In this document: positions 29,817-39,043 of the stretch, piece by piece | Layout: each line of letters begins with the position of its first letter | Position numbering within the stretch: the stretch's first letter is position 1 | Assembly (NCBI GenBank): GCA_964365185.1 | Contig: CAYIOP010000001.1 | Location: 180,579 to 244,578, forward strand | Direction of reading: 5' to 3' | Length of the DNA: 64,000 nt | Source: an uncultured Candidatus Saccharibacteria bacterium | Lineage (GTDB): Bacteria > Patescibacteriota > Minisyncoccia > UBA6257 > 2-01-FULL-56-20 | The notes under the pieces: generated by a model | Databases searched by the model: none | Seen by the model: only the letters and a program-made list of their open reading frames with translations | Told to the model about the DNA's origin: nothing | Translations under genes and position numbers: made by a program

Positions 29817-31922
29817 CTATTTGCGCTTCCCTTCGACAATTAATTGCTCAATGTTTTTAGGAACTGACTCATAATGGTCGAATTCCATAGTGAAAGAGCC
29901 GCGGCCTTGAGTCATGGAACGAAGTTCGGTGGCATAGCCAAACATCTCAGAGAGAGGCACTTGAGCGTCAATAACCTTAACAGTGGCCCGATCACCCAAA
30001 CTTTCAACTTTACCTCGGCGAGCGTTTAAGTTGCCGGTAACATCACCCAAAAATTGGGCTGGCACCAAAACTTGGGTTTTCATAATCGGCTCTAAAATAA
30101 CCGGCTTGGCTAATTTGGCGCCTTCTTGAAAAGCAATTGAGCCAGCAATTTTGAAAGCCGCTTCAGAAGAATCAACATCATGGAATGAGCCGTCAAAAAG
30201 AGTAACTTCGACATCAATCATTGGATAATGAGCTACCACGCCTTTATCAACAGCTTCTTTAACGCCCTTTTCAACCGCTGGGATAAATTCTTTGGGAATA
30301 TCACCGCCTTTAATCGCGTCAACAAAAACAAAACCTTCGCCTCTCAAAAGGGGTTTTAACGTAAGCCAAACATGGCCATATTGACCCCGACCGCCGGACT
30401 GACGAATATATTTGCCTTCGGCTTCGGATTCGGCGGTGATGGTTTCTTTATAAGCTACCTGCGGCCGGCCGACATTGGCCTCAACGCTAAATTCTCTTTT
30501 CATTCGATCAACAATGATTTCAAGGTGAAGCTCTCCCATACCAGAGATAATAGTCTCGCCGGTTTCAAGATCGCCGCTCACTCTAAAAGTCGGGTCTTCT
30601 TCCGCCAGACGCCTTAAAGCCATGCCCATTTTTTCTTGGTCGATTTTGGTCTTCGGATCAATCCGAATGCCAATAACCGGTTCGGGGAAAATTATGCGTT
30701 CCAGAATTAAAGGATTGTCCGGAGAACAAAGGGTGTCTCCAGTAGTGGTATTTTTGAGCCCAACAATCGCGGCGATTTCACCGGCGTAGACCTCGTCCAC
30801 TTCTTCTCTTTGGTTAGCATGCATTCTTACAATCCGACCGACTCTTTCTTGTTCGCCTTTATTGGCGTTTAAAATATAACTGCCTCGTTTAATAGTGCCG
30901 GAATAATTTCTAAAATAAGTTAGGGTCCCCACGTAAGGATCAGCGGCTACTTTAAAAGCCAAAGCAGATAACGGCTCTTCATCTTTAGGATAACGCAGGA
31001 CTTCTTCCGAGGTCTTAGGGTGAAGGCCTTTGGTTGCGGACAGGTCTAAAGGAGACGGCAGATAATCAATAACCGCATCTAGAACGAACTGGACGCCTTT
31101 ATTTTTAAGAGCTGAGCCGCAAAAAACCGGCACTAACTTATTTTCAATTGTAGCTTTCCGAAGAATTCTTTTTAAATCCTCGGTTTTAATTTCTTTGCCC
31201 TCAAGATATTCGCTCATTAACGCGTCGTCGTTTTCGACAATTTTTTCAATCAGGTGATGCCTAGCTTTTTTAACGGCGTCTTCAAGATTTTGAGGAATCG
31301 GAATTTCAACAATTTTTTCTCCGTGATCGCCTTGAAATTCAAAGGCCTGATTTTTCAGAAGATCGATGACGCCACTAAAATTAGCTTCACTGCCGATTGG
31401 AAGTTCAAGCGGCACAGCATTCGGAGTTAACCGCTCGTGAATAGAGAGCAAACTTTTTTCGAAATTCGCGCCCATCCGGTCGAGTTTATTGATAAAACAA
31501 ATTCTAGGCACCTTGTATTCATCGGCGTAGTGCCAGTTTGTTTCTGATTGCGGCTCAACGCCAGCCACGCCATCAAAAACAACCACCGCGCCATCTAGAA
31601 CTCGAAGAGAACGCTTAACTTCAACAGTAAAATCAATATGGCCGGGGGTATCAATAATATTTATTCGGTGTTCAAAATTTTTATCGCCTTTTTGATAAGT
31701 CGGTGTCCAAAAAGCGGTGGTAGCGGCTGAAGTAATAGTAATACCACGCTCGCGTTCCTGTTCCATCCAATCCATCACAGTGGTGCCTTCGTGAACTTCG
31801 CCAATTTTGTGAGAAATACCGGTATAAAAAAGGACCCTCTCAGTAACGGTGGTTTTGCCGGCATCAATGTGGGCAATAATGCCAATATTTCTTATTTTTT
31901 CGATGGGGTAGGTACGAGGCAC
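29817..31922 (-). CDS. fusA: Elongation factor G
   Basis: [27 protein letters not shown]; GTG start. Confidence 0.99.
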   Translation of the reverse strand: MPRTYPIEKIRNIGIIAHIDAGKTTVTERVLFYTGISHKIGEVHEGTTVMDWMEQERERGITITSAATTAFWTPTYQKGDKNFEHRINIIDTPGHIDFTVEVKRSLRVLDGAVVVFDGVAGVEPQSETNWHYADEYKVPRICFINKLDRMGANFEKSLLSIHERLTPNAVPLELPIGSEANFSGVIDLLKNQAFEFQGDHGEKIVEIPIPQNLEDAVKKARHHLIEKIVENDDALMSEYLEGKEIKTEDLKRILRKATIENKLVPVFCGSALKNKGVQFVLDAVIDYLPSPLDLSATKGLHPKTSEEVLRYPKDEEPLSALAFKVAADPYVGTLTYFRNYSGTIKRGSYILNANKGEQERVGRIVRMHANQREEVDEVYAGEIAAIVGLKNTTTGDTLCSPDNPLILERIIFPEPVIGIRIDPKTKIDQEKMGMALRRLAEEDPTFRVSGDLETGETIISGMGELHLEIIVDRMKREFSVEANVGRPQVAYKETITAESEAEGKYIRQSGGRGQYGHVWLTLKPLLRGEGFVFVDAIKGGDIPKEFIPAVEKGVKEAVDKGVVAHYPMIDVEVTLFDGSFHDVDSSEAAFKIAGSIAFQEGAKLAKPVILEPIMKTQVLVPAQFLGDVTGNLNARRGKVESLGDRATVKVIDAQVPLSEMFGYATELRSMTQGRGSFTMEFDHYESVPKNIEQLIVEGKRK

Positions 31923-32012
31923 GTTAAAAATTTAAAATTTAAATATCAAAATTGAAAATGACAATGAAAAATTCAAAATAGCGAATGAATTAGACCACAT
32001 TCTAGTAACTCG

Positions 32013-32492
32013 TTATCTATTGGGACGATTGGCGAAGTGAGCAAAAGCGCGGTTGGCTTCGGCCATTCTGTGCGTGTCGAGTTTTTTCTTAATGGCCGCC
32101 CCTTCGTTTTTAGAGGCCGCAATAATTTCATTGGCTAGTTTATCTATCATGGAGATGCCTTTTTTAGACCTAGCGGACTGAATCAACCAGCGGCAAGCCA
32201 GAATAAATTTTCTCTCTGGAGCCACTTCTTGAGGAACTTGATAATTGGCGCCTCCCACTCTTTTTGAAACTACCTCTAGTAAGGGCGAAGTGTTAGCGAG
32301 GGCTTTTTCAAAAATCGTAAGCGGATCTACTTTGGTTTCTTTTTCTATTTTTTCTAAAGCCGAGTAAAAAACTTTGGCAGCGGTGCTTTTTTTGCCGTTC
32401 CAAGTTAAATAATTAATAAATCTTCCCAAATCAACGCGGTGGTATTTGAAATCGGGTTTATAGTGTTTTTTGTAAATTCTTTTTTTACGCAT
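32013..32492 (-). CDS. rpsG: 30S ribosomal protein S7
   Basis: RVGGANYQVP and HRMAEANRAFAH. Confidence 0.98.
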   Translation of the reverse strand: MRKKRIYKKHYKPDFKYHRVDLGRFINYLTWNGKKSTAAKVFYSALEKIEKETKVDPLTIFEKALANTSPLLEVVSKRVGGANYQVPQEVAPERKFILACRWLIQSARSKKGISMIDKLANEIIAASKNEGAAIKKKLDTHRMAEANRAFAHFANRPNR

Positions 32493-32496
32493 GTTC

Positions 32497-32583
32497 AGTA
32501 TTAAGTATCAAATATCATGTATCATGTATCATGTATCAAATTAGTTTTTAATTCTTGACACCTGATACCTGACACGTGACACT
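32497..32583. repeat. Inverted pair of 7-bp arrays (TATCATG x3 and variants; CCTGAYA-type on the other arm)
   Basis: tatcaaa tatcatg tatcatg tatcatg tatcaaa ... cttgaca cctgata cctgaca cgtgaca. Confidence 0.75.
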
Positions 32584-32998
32584 ATTTGGCTTTGGGGCGC
32601 TTAGCTCCGTACTTAGATCGTTGTTGTTTCCGGCCTTCGACACCACCGGTATCTAAAATTCCTCGCACAACGTGGTAACGCACACCTGGCAAGTCCTTAA
32701 CTCTGCCGCCTCGAATTAAAACCATCGAATGTTCTTGAAGATTGTGGCCTTCGCCGGGGATGTAAGCGGTTACTTCTGAACCGTTAGTTAAACGAATCCG
32801 GCAAACTTTTCTTAAAGCCGAATTTGGTTTTTTAGGAGTCGTGGTAAAAACCTTAAGACAAACTCCCCTTTTAAATGGAGAGGAGGAATCAAGGGGTCGA
32901 TTTTTTAAGGTATTAAAATAGAAAGACAAAGCCGGCGATTTGCTTTTAAACTTAATGGATTTTCTTCCTTTTTTAATTAATTGGTGAGTGGTGGGCAT
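32582..32998 (-). CDS. rpsL: 30S ribosomal protein S12
   Basis: [10 protein letters not shown] and [11 protein letters not shown]. Confidence 0.99.
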   Translation of the reverse strand: MPTTHQLIKKGRKSIKFKSKSPALSFYFNTLKNRPLDSSSPFKRGVCLKVFTTTPKKPNSALRKVCRIRLTNGSEVTAYIPGEGHNLQEHSMVLIRGGRVKDLPGVRYHVVRGILDTGGVEGRKQQRSKYGAKRPKAK

Positions 32999-33012
32999 AC
33001 GAATTAGGTTTA

Positions 33013-33042
33013 TCCGCCGGAGGCGGATCCGCCTTTGGTGGA
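33013..33042. repeat. 30-bp double-hairpin element, copy 3
   Basis: TCCGCCGGAGGCGGATCCGCCTTTGGTGGA. Confidence 0.85.
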
Positions 33043-33148
33043 AGGCGTAAGGTTGTAAAATGAAACAGAAGCCTGAATGTTAAAAAAATGAACTGCCCCG
33101 TGACAGTTCAAAAAGATAAGCTTTTTTACTGTTTAGGACATTGAAGAT

Positions 33149-33177
33149 ATGTTAGGAAAAATATGGATAAGTGTCAA
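33149..33177 (-). promoter_or_regulatory. Sigma70-type promoter of the str operon
   Basis: TTGACA-N17-TAACAT on minus strand. Confidence 0.6.
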
Positions 33178-33180
33178 CTG

Positions 33181-33328
33181 GCGCTCGTATTTTCCTCTTG
33201 GAGAGCCGGCCTCGATTTTTTTCCAGCGAAAAATCGGGCCTGCATCTCGTCCCTATGGGTCCCGCCAGGGCGGGACACCAAGCCCATCTGGGACTCCGAT
33301 AGCCTCTCCAAAAGGAAAATATTCGCGC
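33181..33328. repeat. GC-rich multibranch palindromic element
   Basis: Outer TATTTTCCT.TTGGAGAG/CTCTCCAA.AGGAAAATA stem enclosing GGCC.CGATTTTT/AAAAATCGGGCC and nested GTCCC, TGGG, TCCCGCC/GGCGGGA stems. Confidence 0.6.
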
Positions 33329-33399
33329 TGGTTTATTGATTATAAAAAATGCCGCGGTTCTATTTCTAGAATCACGGCAGAAAGTTATTTTTTTAAAAT

Positions 33400-33846
33400 T
33401 TACTGGCCAATATCCTCTACGAAAGCTTTGATGTGACCGTCAAAATCAAGCACCCACCCATCTCTAAATAGACCGTCCTCTGGTTTCGGATAAGCTAAGA
33501 TTGCATAAGCTCGATAACTCGTTTCATTTCCTTCGATGGAATATTGATACTTGGCGTCCGGCGGAATCAAGACGCCAATTTTAAGGAAAGCGCCAATGTT
33601 CTTTTTATCAGCGATTCTATCTTCGCTCTCAGGAATCCAGTAAGCGCCGGCAGGATTATTCTTCTTGAATTCTTCCTCAGCTAAGTATACTTGAGTTAGA
33701 ATTTTTTTGGCCTCCGCCTGGATTGTACGCTTCGGGTTATTAACAACCCTAGGAATTACCAGGGCCGCGAGAATACCAATAATGATTATAAAAATCAATA
33801 CATTGGAAACGTAAGGAGCCCTATGAATTTCGATTTCTGAAGACAC
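33400..33846 (-). CDS. Type IV pilin-like protein with degenerate cleavage motif
   Basis: IIIIGILAALVIPR...QAEAKKILTQVY alpha-1 helix; GGAGG SD with GTG start. Confidence 0.7.
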   Translation of the reverse strand: MSSEIEIHRAPYVSNVLIFIIIIGILAALVIPRVVNNPKRTIQAEAKKILTQVYLAEEEFKKNNPAGAYWIPESEDRIADKKNIGAFLKIGVLIPPDAKYQYSIEGNETSYRAYAILAYPKPEDGLFRDGWVLDFDGHIKAFVEDIGQ

Positions 33847-33980
33847 ATTTCCTCCTTCTCGTGTCTGGCGAGAAAAAAATGGTTAGAGATGGCTGATTTT
33901 TTTTCAATTTTCAAGGTCGGTATTCTTTCCCGACTGTCCTTTTTTAATTTATCATATACAGAAACTTGTGTCAAATATTT

Positions 33981-34628
33981 TTAGCCACTAAAAAAGTTGG
34001 CCATGGTTAAGAAAACTTCGGGGCCGGAAATGAAAATAAAAAGATAAGTGGCGATTTTCCAGATTATTCCGGAGAAAAGAAAGAGAAATAGAAAAACTAA
34101 GAGAATTCCGAACATACCCAGTTTTTCTATATGCACGCCGACCTTAGGAAAAATAAGCGGCAAGATTTTTGAACCGTCTAATGGCGGAATCGGCACCAAA
34201 TTAAAAATAGCCAAGATGGCGTTTAGATAAGCGATAAAGCCAAAAAGAGCGATTAAATTAGGACTTAAAAAAGCAAAGCCAAATCGAGCGATGAGACCTA
34301 AAATTAGAAGGATAAGAAGATTAGAAATGGGTCCGGCGAGCGCAACTTTTAGGGGGCCGTATTTAAAATCCTTGTGCAGGTTATAAGGGTTATAAGGAAC
34401 GGGTTTGGCCCAACCTAAAACAACCGGTGAGTGAGTGATAAATAAAATAAGAGGTAGTAAAATCGAGCCGAAGGGGTCGATGTGTTTTAAAGGATTTAAA
34501 GTTAACCGGCCTGCCATTCTGGCAGTAGAGTCACCTAATTTTTCCGCAACAAAGCCGTGCGAGATTTCGTGAATCATGACTGAAAAAATCAAAACGACAA
34601 ATTGAAAAATAATGAGGGGTAAGTCCAT
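33981..34628 (-). CDS. Site-2 protease (M50 family)
   Basis: HEISH, ALAGP, FNLVPIPPLDG. Confidence 0.93.
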   Translation of the reverse strand: MDLPLIIFQFVVLIFSVMIHEISHGFVAEKLGDSTARMAGRLTLNPLKHIDPFGSILLPLILFITHSPVVLGWAKPVPYNPYNLHKDFKYGPLKVALAGPISNLLILLILGLIARFGFAFLSPNLIALFGFIAYLNAILAIFNLVPIPPLDGSKILPLIFPKVGVHIEKLGMFGILLVFLFLFLFSGIIWKIATYLFIFISGPEVFLTMANFFSG

Positions 34629-34711
34629 TAGCTCAATTTTAACCCATAGAACATTTTTTGGAAAAAAACGAGGAAATGTTGTAATGTTGTAATGTTCTAA
34701 AGACTATTTTT

Positions 34712-34785
34712 GCGCCCATAGCTCAATTGGATAGAGTATCTGCCTTCGAAGCAGAGGGTTCCAGGTTCGAGTCCTGGTGGGCGCA
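34712..34785 (+). tRNA. tRNA-Arg(TCG)
   Basis: GCGCCCA/TGGGCGC acceptor, TCTGC-CTTCGAA-GCAGA anticodon arm. Confidence 0.95.
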
Positions 34786-34839
34786 CAAATGAAAATCTTT
34801 CCGCCATAAAGCTATAGATAGTATGTTATAATTAGTTTT

Positions 34840-35679
34840 ATGCTCAAAAAGATTCTCATTATATTTGGAATAGTAATAGTAATTTTTATAATTCGTTTCT
34901 TGATTTGGCAAAGCGGCCTGCTTATTAAAATAGCACCGACATCCGACATGGCTTCTGATGTTTCCGGATATTCTTCAAAAGTAAATACAGAAAATGTCAT
35001 ACAACAATTTTTTACCCTTAATGATGGCAGTTTTTTAATAACAAGATACGTGCATCAATATAAAATGGCAGAGGGTTTTCGAGCCTTTCCAGATGGTGGA
35101 ATTCCTTATGAACTTTTAAAAATGCACGATTTAATTAGAGTCTCAAATAAAGGAGAAATCTTGTGGCAGAAATTATTTATAGAAAATGAAGCTCCTAATT
35201 ATGACTATTCAGCTTTTTTAATAAAAAATTCTAAAAAAAGCAGAGAGGGATTTCCGAGCATTTTGAGCCTTCCGTACGCCAGCATTAATACAATTAGAGA
35301 ATGCTCACCTTCTATTATTCAACTCTCAAGAAGAAAAGAGCAAAAGATTCCGGGGCAGAGTGGATATTACGAAAAAGATTATGTATTTCTTGAATCCTTT
35401 GAACCTCAGAATGGAATTAATTTAAATATAGAAAATGGAGATATAAATTCAATTACAGATCCAAAAGATCTTTGCATAAAAGACATTCGAGAAGAAATAA
35501 CAGCTTTGAAAAGTTGTAGCCCAGAATTTAGTGACCTTAATGGAATTTCTTCTAGAAAATTTGGACTTTCCATCGCTGGTTATGACTTTAGAAGATATGG
35601 ACAATATTTGAATGAGTGTATATCCCCATTACTTAATGAAGTATCTTCACCTAGGAATATTACCTTTAGAGGAAAGTAA
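34840..35679 (+). CDS. Hypothetical membrane-anchored protein, AT-rich
   Basis: 279-aa ORF, N-terminal TM, TATAAT 7 nt before ATG. Confidence 0.7.
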   Translation: MLKKILIIFGIVIVIFIIRFLIWQSGLLIKIAPTSDMASDVSGYSSKVNTENVIQQFFTLNDGSFLITRYVHQYKMAEGFRAFPDGGIPYELLKMHDLIRVSNKGEILWQKLFIENEAPNYDYSAFLIKNSKKSREGFPSILSLPYASINTIRECSPSIIQLSRRKEQKIPGQSGYYEKDYVFLESFEPQNGINLNIENGDINSITDPKDLCIKDIREEITALKSCSPEFSDLNGISSRKFGLSIAGYDFRRYGQYLNECISPLLNEVSSPRNITFRGK

Positions 35680-35791
35680 TAAATTGATTTTACAGAGATC
35701 AAAAATAATCCTAATTCTCATATCTTCTAAGAAGTGCGGAATGGCTGAAATTCTTTCTGATTGAGTTCTCTAAAAAAGACCTAATAAGAAA

Positions 35792-37723
35792 CTACTTTAA
35801 AAAAATATTGACGAATGGATTTAGAATAATTCCTAAAAGAGAGGGGCTATCCAGACCGCCTTCGGTAGACGGGGGCAGAGGTATAGTTTGGAATTGGCCG
35901 TCATTGGGATAAGGAATTCCTTGTGGAGGCATGGGAAAACTGTTGGGGTCGAAATTATTTCTGTCGAAACCTGGCGGAGGAACAGATTTTTCTCCTGAAT
36001 TTTGAAGATGGGGCATTCCAGAAAATTCAGTAAAACATTTTCGAATAATTTCTTGGATTGGACCAGAGGGCTGATCACCACGGAGAAGTTTTTGAACCTC
36101 TTCTTCTTTTAAATTGCTCTTGAGACAAGCGGCCACTGGCTCGGGAAATATTCCAGTTCGGAGCATTGGCATATTTCTGCCCTGATTAGTCGGCGAATTT
36201 TGGAACATCTTTTCTTTTCTTTCTGGAGGCATAAAACCAGGACTAGATTCTCCGTAATTTCCACCTTCGTGGGGTCGAGGAGTAAACGATTCAAAACATG
36301 GCCTAATTTTGGATTCTATATCTAGTCCAGGCATCAATTCTCCGGACTTAATTTTTTCAAAATCAGCGCCTAAGTTATTACTGAAACATTCTTTAACTTC
36401 AGCCGGGGCGGTTTTAAGAAAGTCGCCAAAACCGGGGGGTGGACCGTCGAAATTCCTCTCGGAATTGTTTTGCCCTTGCCCGCCAAATTGAAAACGCGAG
36501 GCCTCAAAACAAACTCGGAAAGTATCACCCATCTCAGGTGTAAATTCTCCTGTTCCGGATTTGATTTTTTCAACATCAATCCCTTTTTCAGTTAGGCATG
36601 ACAAAACTTCCAGTGGCGCATCTTTAAACATTTCATGGGGTCTAAAACCGACACCGGATTTTTCAAAACAGGTCTTCACTTTCTCCCCTATTTCCTGGCC
36701 AGGAACGAGATTACCGCTTTCAATATTTTGAATGATATTAGAACCTAAATTTTCTTTAAGACAGGCGCGCACTTCTTCAGGCGCGTTCTTGAGGCCGGCG
36801 CGCATTCTTGAAAAACCCTCCTTGGTTTTTTGGATTTCTTCGGGTTTAATTAATCCATTTTCTTCGGCAAATTTAAAACAAGCTTGCTGATTAGCTGGAT
36901 TATTACAGTAGGTCTCGCAGGCCTGTTTACCAATACAACCGCCGGGGCCTTTGCCGCCGGTTTTTTTAATCCGGGTGGCTTCTTCTTGATTCATAAAACC
37001 AGCTTCTTCTGCAAAGGCAAGGCACGCTTCAAAATTATTTTGGTCACCGCAGAAAACATCACATTCTTTTTTTGACTTACAGCCGCCGGGGGTCTTGCCA
37101 GCTTTCATTAATTCCAGAACTTTTTTAGGCGGCACGCCATCTTTTTCACCCTTTATATCCAAACCGGCTTTTTCGGCAAAAGCGATGCATTCTTCGGCGT
37201 GATCAAAATTACCGCAGTAATTTTCACACGATTCTTTAGAGATACAGCCGCCAGGCATTTGGCCACCGGAACGAATAAACGTCTGAATTTTTTTGGCTTC
37301 TTTAAAATGGCTGTCGGTAATTTGGTTTTGTTCAGCCCAAGTGAGACAAACTTCCAAATTTTCCACCGAACTGCAAAACACTTTACAACTCTTCGGATCC
37401 GTGCAGCCGCCGGGACCGGCTTGAGTTTTCAAACTTTTGGAAAAGCGCCCGGCCCGAGCGGCCTCTGCTTCGTCCATTAAGCCGTTCTTTTTAGCAAAGA
37501 CAATGCAGGCCTCGATATTTTCTTTTTTATCACAAAAGTTTTTACACTCGGTTTTACTCGCGCAATTACCGAGCTCGGGAATTGGAAAAGTAATTTTACT
37601 TAAAATCGCCGATTCATTAATTGCATTAATATTATCTTCGGTTTGAGCTAAAGCAGAATAAAAAACAGAAAAGCCAATCAAGATAATTGAGATTGACAAC
37701 GAAACCCAGATAATTTTTTTCAT
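35792..37723 (-). CDS. Secreted Cys-rich repeat protein (PGGC-x4-C-x3-C repeats)
   Basis: Signal peptide; repeats GPGGCTDPKSCKVFC, MPGGCISKESCENYC, TPGGCKSKKECDVFC, GPGGCIGKQACETYC; then PxEV..CL..LG repeats. Confidence 0.8.
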   Translation of the reverse strand: MKKIIWVSLSISIILIGFSVFYSALAQTEDNINAINESAILSKITFPIPELGNCASKTECKNFCDKKENIEACIVFAKKNGLMDEAEAARAGRFSKSLKTQAGPGGCTDPKSCKVFCSSVENLEVCLTWAEQNQITDSHFKEAKKIQTFIRSGGQMPGGCISKESCENYCGNFDHAEECIAFAEKAGLDIKGEKDGVPPKKVLELMKAGKTPGGCKSKKECDVFCGDQNNFEACLAFAEEAGFMNQEEATRIKKTGGKGPGGCIGKQACETYCNNPANQQACFKFAEENGLIKPEEIQKTKEGFSRMRAGLKNAPEEVRACLKENLGSNIIQNIESGNLVPGQEIGEKVKTCFEKSGVGFRPHEMFKDAPLEVLSCLTEKGIDVEKIKSGTGEFTPEMGDTFRVCFEASRFQFGGQGQNNSERNFDGPPPGFGDFLKTAPAEVKECFSNNLGADFEKIKSGELMPGLDIESKIRPCFESFTPRPHEGGNYGESSPGFMPPERKEKMFQNSPTNQGRNMPMLRTGIFPEPVAACLKSNLKEEEVQKLLRGDQPSGPIQEIIRKCFTEFSGMPHLQNSGEKSVPPPGFDRNNFDPNSFPMPPQGIPYPNDGQFQTIPLPPSTEGGLDSPSLLGIILNPFVNIFLK

Positions 37724-37734
37724 ATAATAAATAA

Positions 37735-37995
37735 TTAATCTTGGAAGGGATTTTGATAAGCGCCTTCCAGAGGATTTACGCTAGCCATATTGCCGGTTGC
37801 GGGAAGGTTTTCTCCTAAAGGGTTTTGGATTTTGGCCGAGATTTCACTGCCCAACCCGCCGGGTTGATTTGAGTTTTCAGTTTGGGCTTGAATTGGTTTT
37901 TCGGTGGTTATATTTTTATTGGAAATAAACCACCACAAAAAAATAGCGATTAAAGCGACCAGAAAAATAGAGACGACAATAACTGGTTTGTTCAT
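37735..37995 (-). CDS. Small single-TM hypothetical protein
   Basis: 86 aa, N-terminal TM, NP-rich tail. Confidence 0.7.
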   Translation of the reverse strand: MNKPVIVVSIFLVALIAIFLWWFISNKNITTEKPIQAQTENSNQPGGLGSEISAKIQNPLGENLPATGNMASVNPLEGAYQNPFQD

Positions 37996-38093
37996 AGTTT
38001 TTATTAATTTAATTTTACAGGATTTAAAAATCTAAGCATAAACTAAATTATCCCCAATTTAGAATTATCGCTTTATGGTATATAATATTTGGT

Positions 38094-38816
38094 ATGATTA
38101 AATATACTATGAAAAAGAAGATGGAAGCTAAAGAACTAAGGAAGCGGGGTATGAGCTATCGCGAGATTTCGAGTTATTTGGATATAGCTAAAAGCACAGC
38201 TAAACTCTGGTGTAAAGATGTAGAGTTGAATCAAGAGCAAAGAAAAATTTTATACAAAAAGCAAATAGAGCTAATGGCGAGAGGGCCGAATAGTAGTCGC
38301 GCAAGACGAAACAGGGAGATTGAAAAAATTCTTTCCAGCGCAGAAAAAGAGCTTAAATTACCGATTGATTCTGAAACTTACCGACTACTCGGAGCAATGA
38401 TATATTGGGGAGAAGGAGATAAAACACAGCATTTCGGTATTGCTAACTCAGATCCTTTTTTAATAAAATTCATGATTAAATGGTTAGAAGATATATTGGG
38501 TATTATGCCAAACCGCATAAAAGCTTATTTGAATATTCATTCTCAGCAGAATGATATAGAAATTAAAAAATTTTGGTCAGAATTAACTGAAATTCCCATT
38601 CAAAATTTTGGAAAGACTTTTATAAAACCGACAAATAAAAATTTTAAGAAAAATAATCTTTATTATGGAACGATTCGTATAATAATTTCGAAAGGAACTG
38701 ATTTACGCTATCGTGTTATGGGTTGGATTTCAGCTCTTCTCGCTAGTCAAAATCTTGAGGTTGAAAAAATTCAAAACAAGTGGCATAAATTAAGGGAAGA
38801 ATATAGCCGCCCATAG
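38094..38816 (+). CDS. HTH plus LAGLIDADG-like endonuclease-fold protein; stop codon inside tRNA-Lys
   Basis: LRKRGMSYREIS..L.IAKSTAKLW HTH; LGAMIYWGEGDK; NSDPFLI; YGTIRI. Confidence 0.7.
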   Translation: MIKYTMKKKMEAKELRKRGMSYREISSYLDIAKSTAKLWCKDVELNQEQRKILYKKQIELMARGPNSSRARRNREIEKILSSAEKELKLPIDSETYRLLGAMIYWGEGDKTQHFGIANSDPFLIKFMIKWLEDILGIMPNRIKAYLNIHSQQNDIEIKKFWSELTEIPIQNFGKTFIKPTNKNFKKNNLYYGTIRIIISKGTDLRYRVMGWISALLASQNLEVEKIQNKWHKLREEYSRP

Positions 38817-38880
38817 CTCAGTCTGGTAGAGCTGCTCGCTCTTAACGAGAAGGTCCCAGGTTCAAATCCTGGTGGGCGGA
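38807..38880 (+). tRNA. tRNA-Lys(CTT)
   Basis: CCGCCCA/TGGGCGG acceptor, CTCG-CTCTTAA-CGAG anticodon arm. Confidence 0.93.
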
Positions 38881-38885
38881 CGATT

Positions 38886-38993
38886 AAAAAATCTTTGCTC
38901 CGTACTCGAGCTTAGATTTTTTTACCTGCCTTGCCAAAGATTCATCGAAGGCAGGAGTCCCGAGCGAGGTCGCCTTAGCGACTGACGAGGGGC
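38886..38993. repeat. Cluster of three short palindromes after tRNA-Lys
   Basis: AAAAAATCT..GCTC/GAGC..AGATTTTTT; CCTGCCTT/AAGGCAGG; GTCGC/GCGAC. Confidence 0.55.
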
Positions 38994-39043
38994 TACCTAA
39001 TTATTCTGATTTCAAAAAATACCCATAAAGGTATAATTAGGGC

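Noticed and set aside
34723-35000. Small minus-strand ORFs
   Set aside because: Antisense to tRNA-Arg and ORF 34840; the many short antisense ORFs inside ribosomal and other genes are rejected for the same reason
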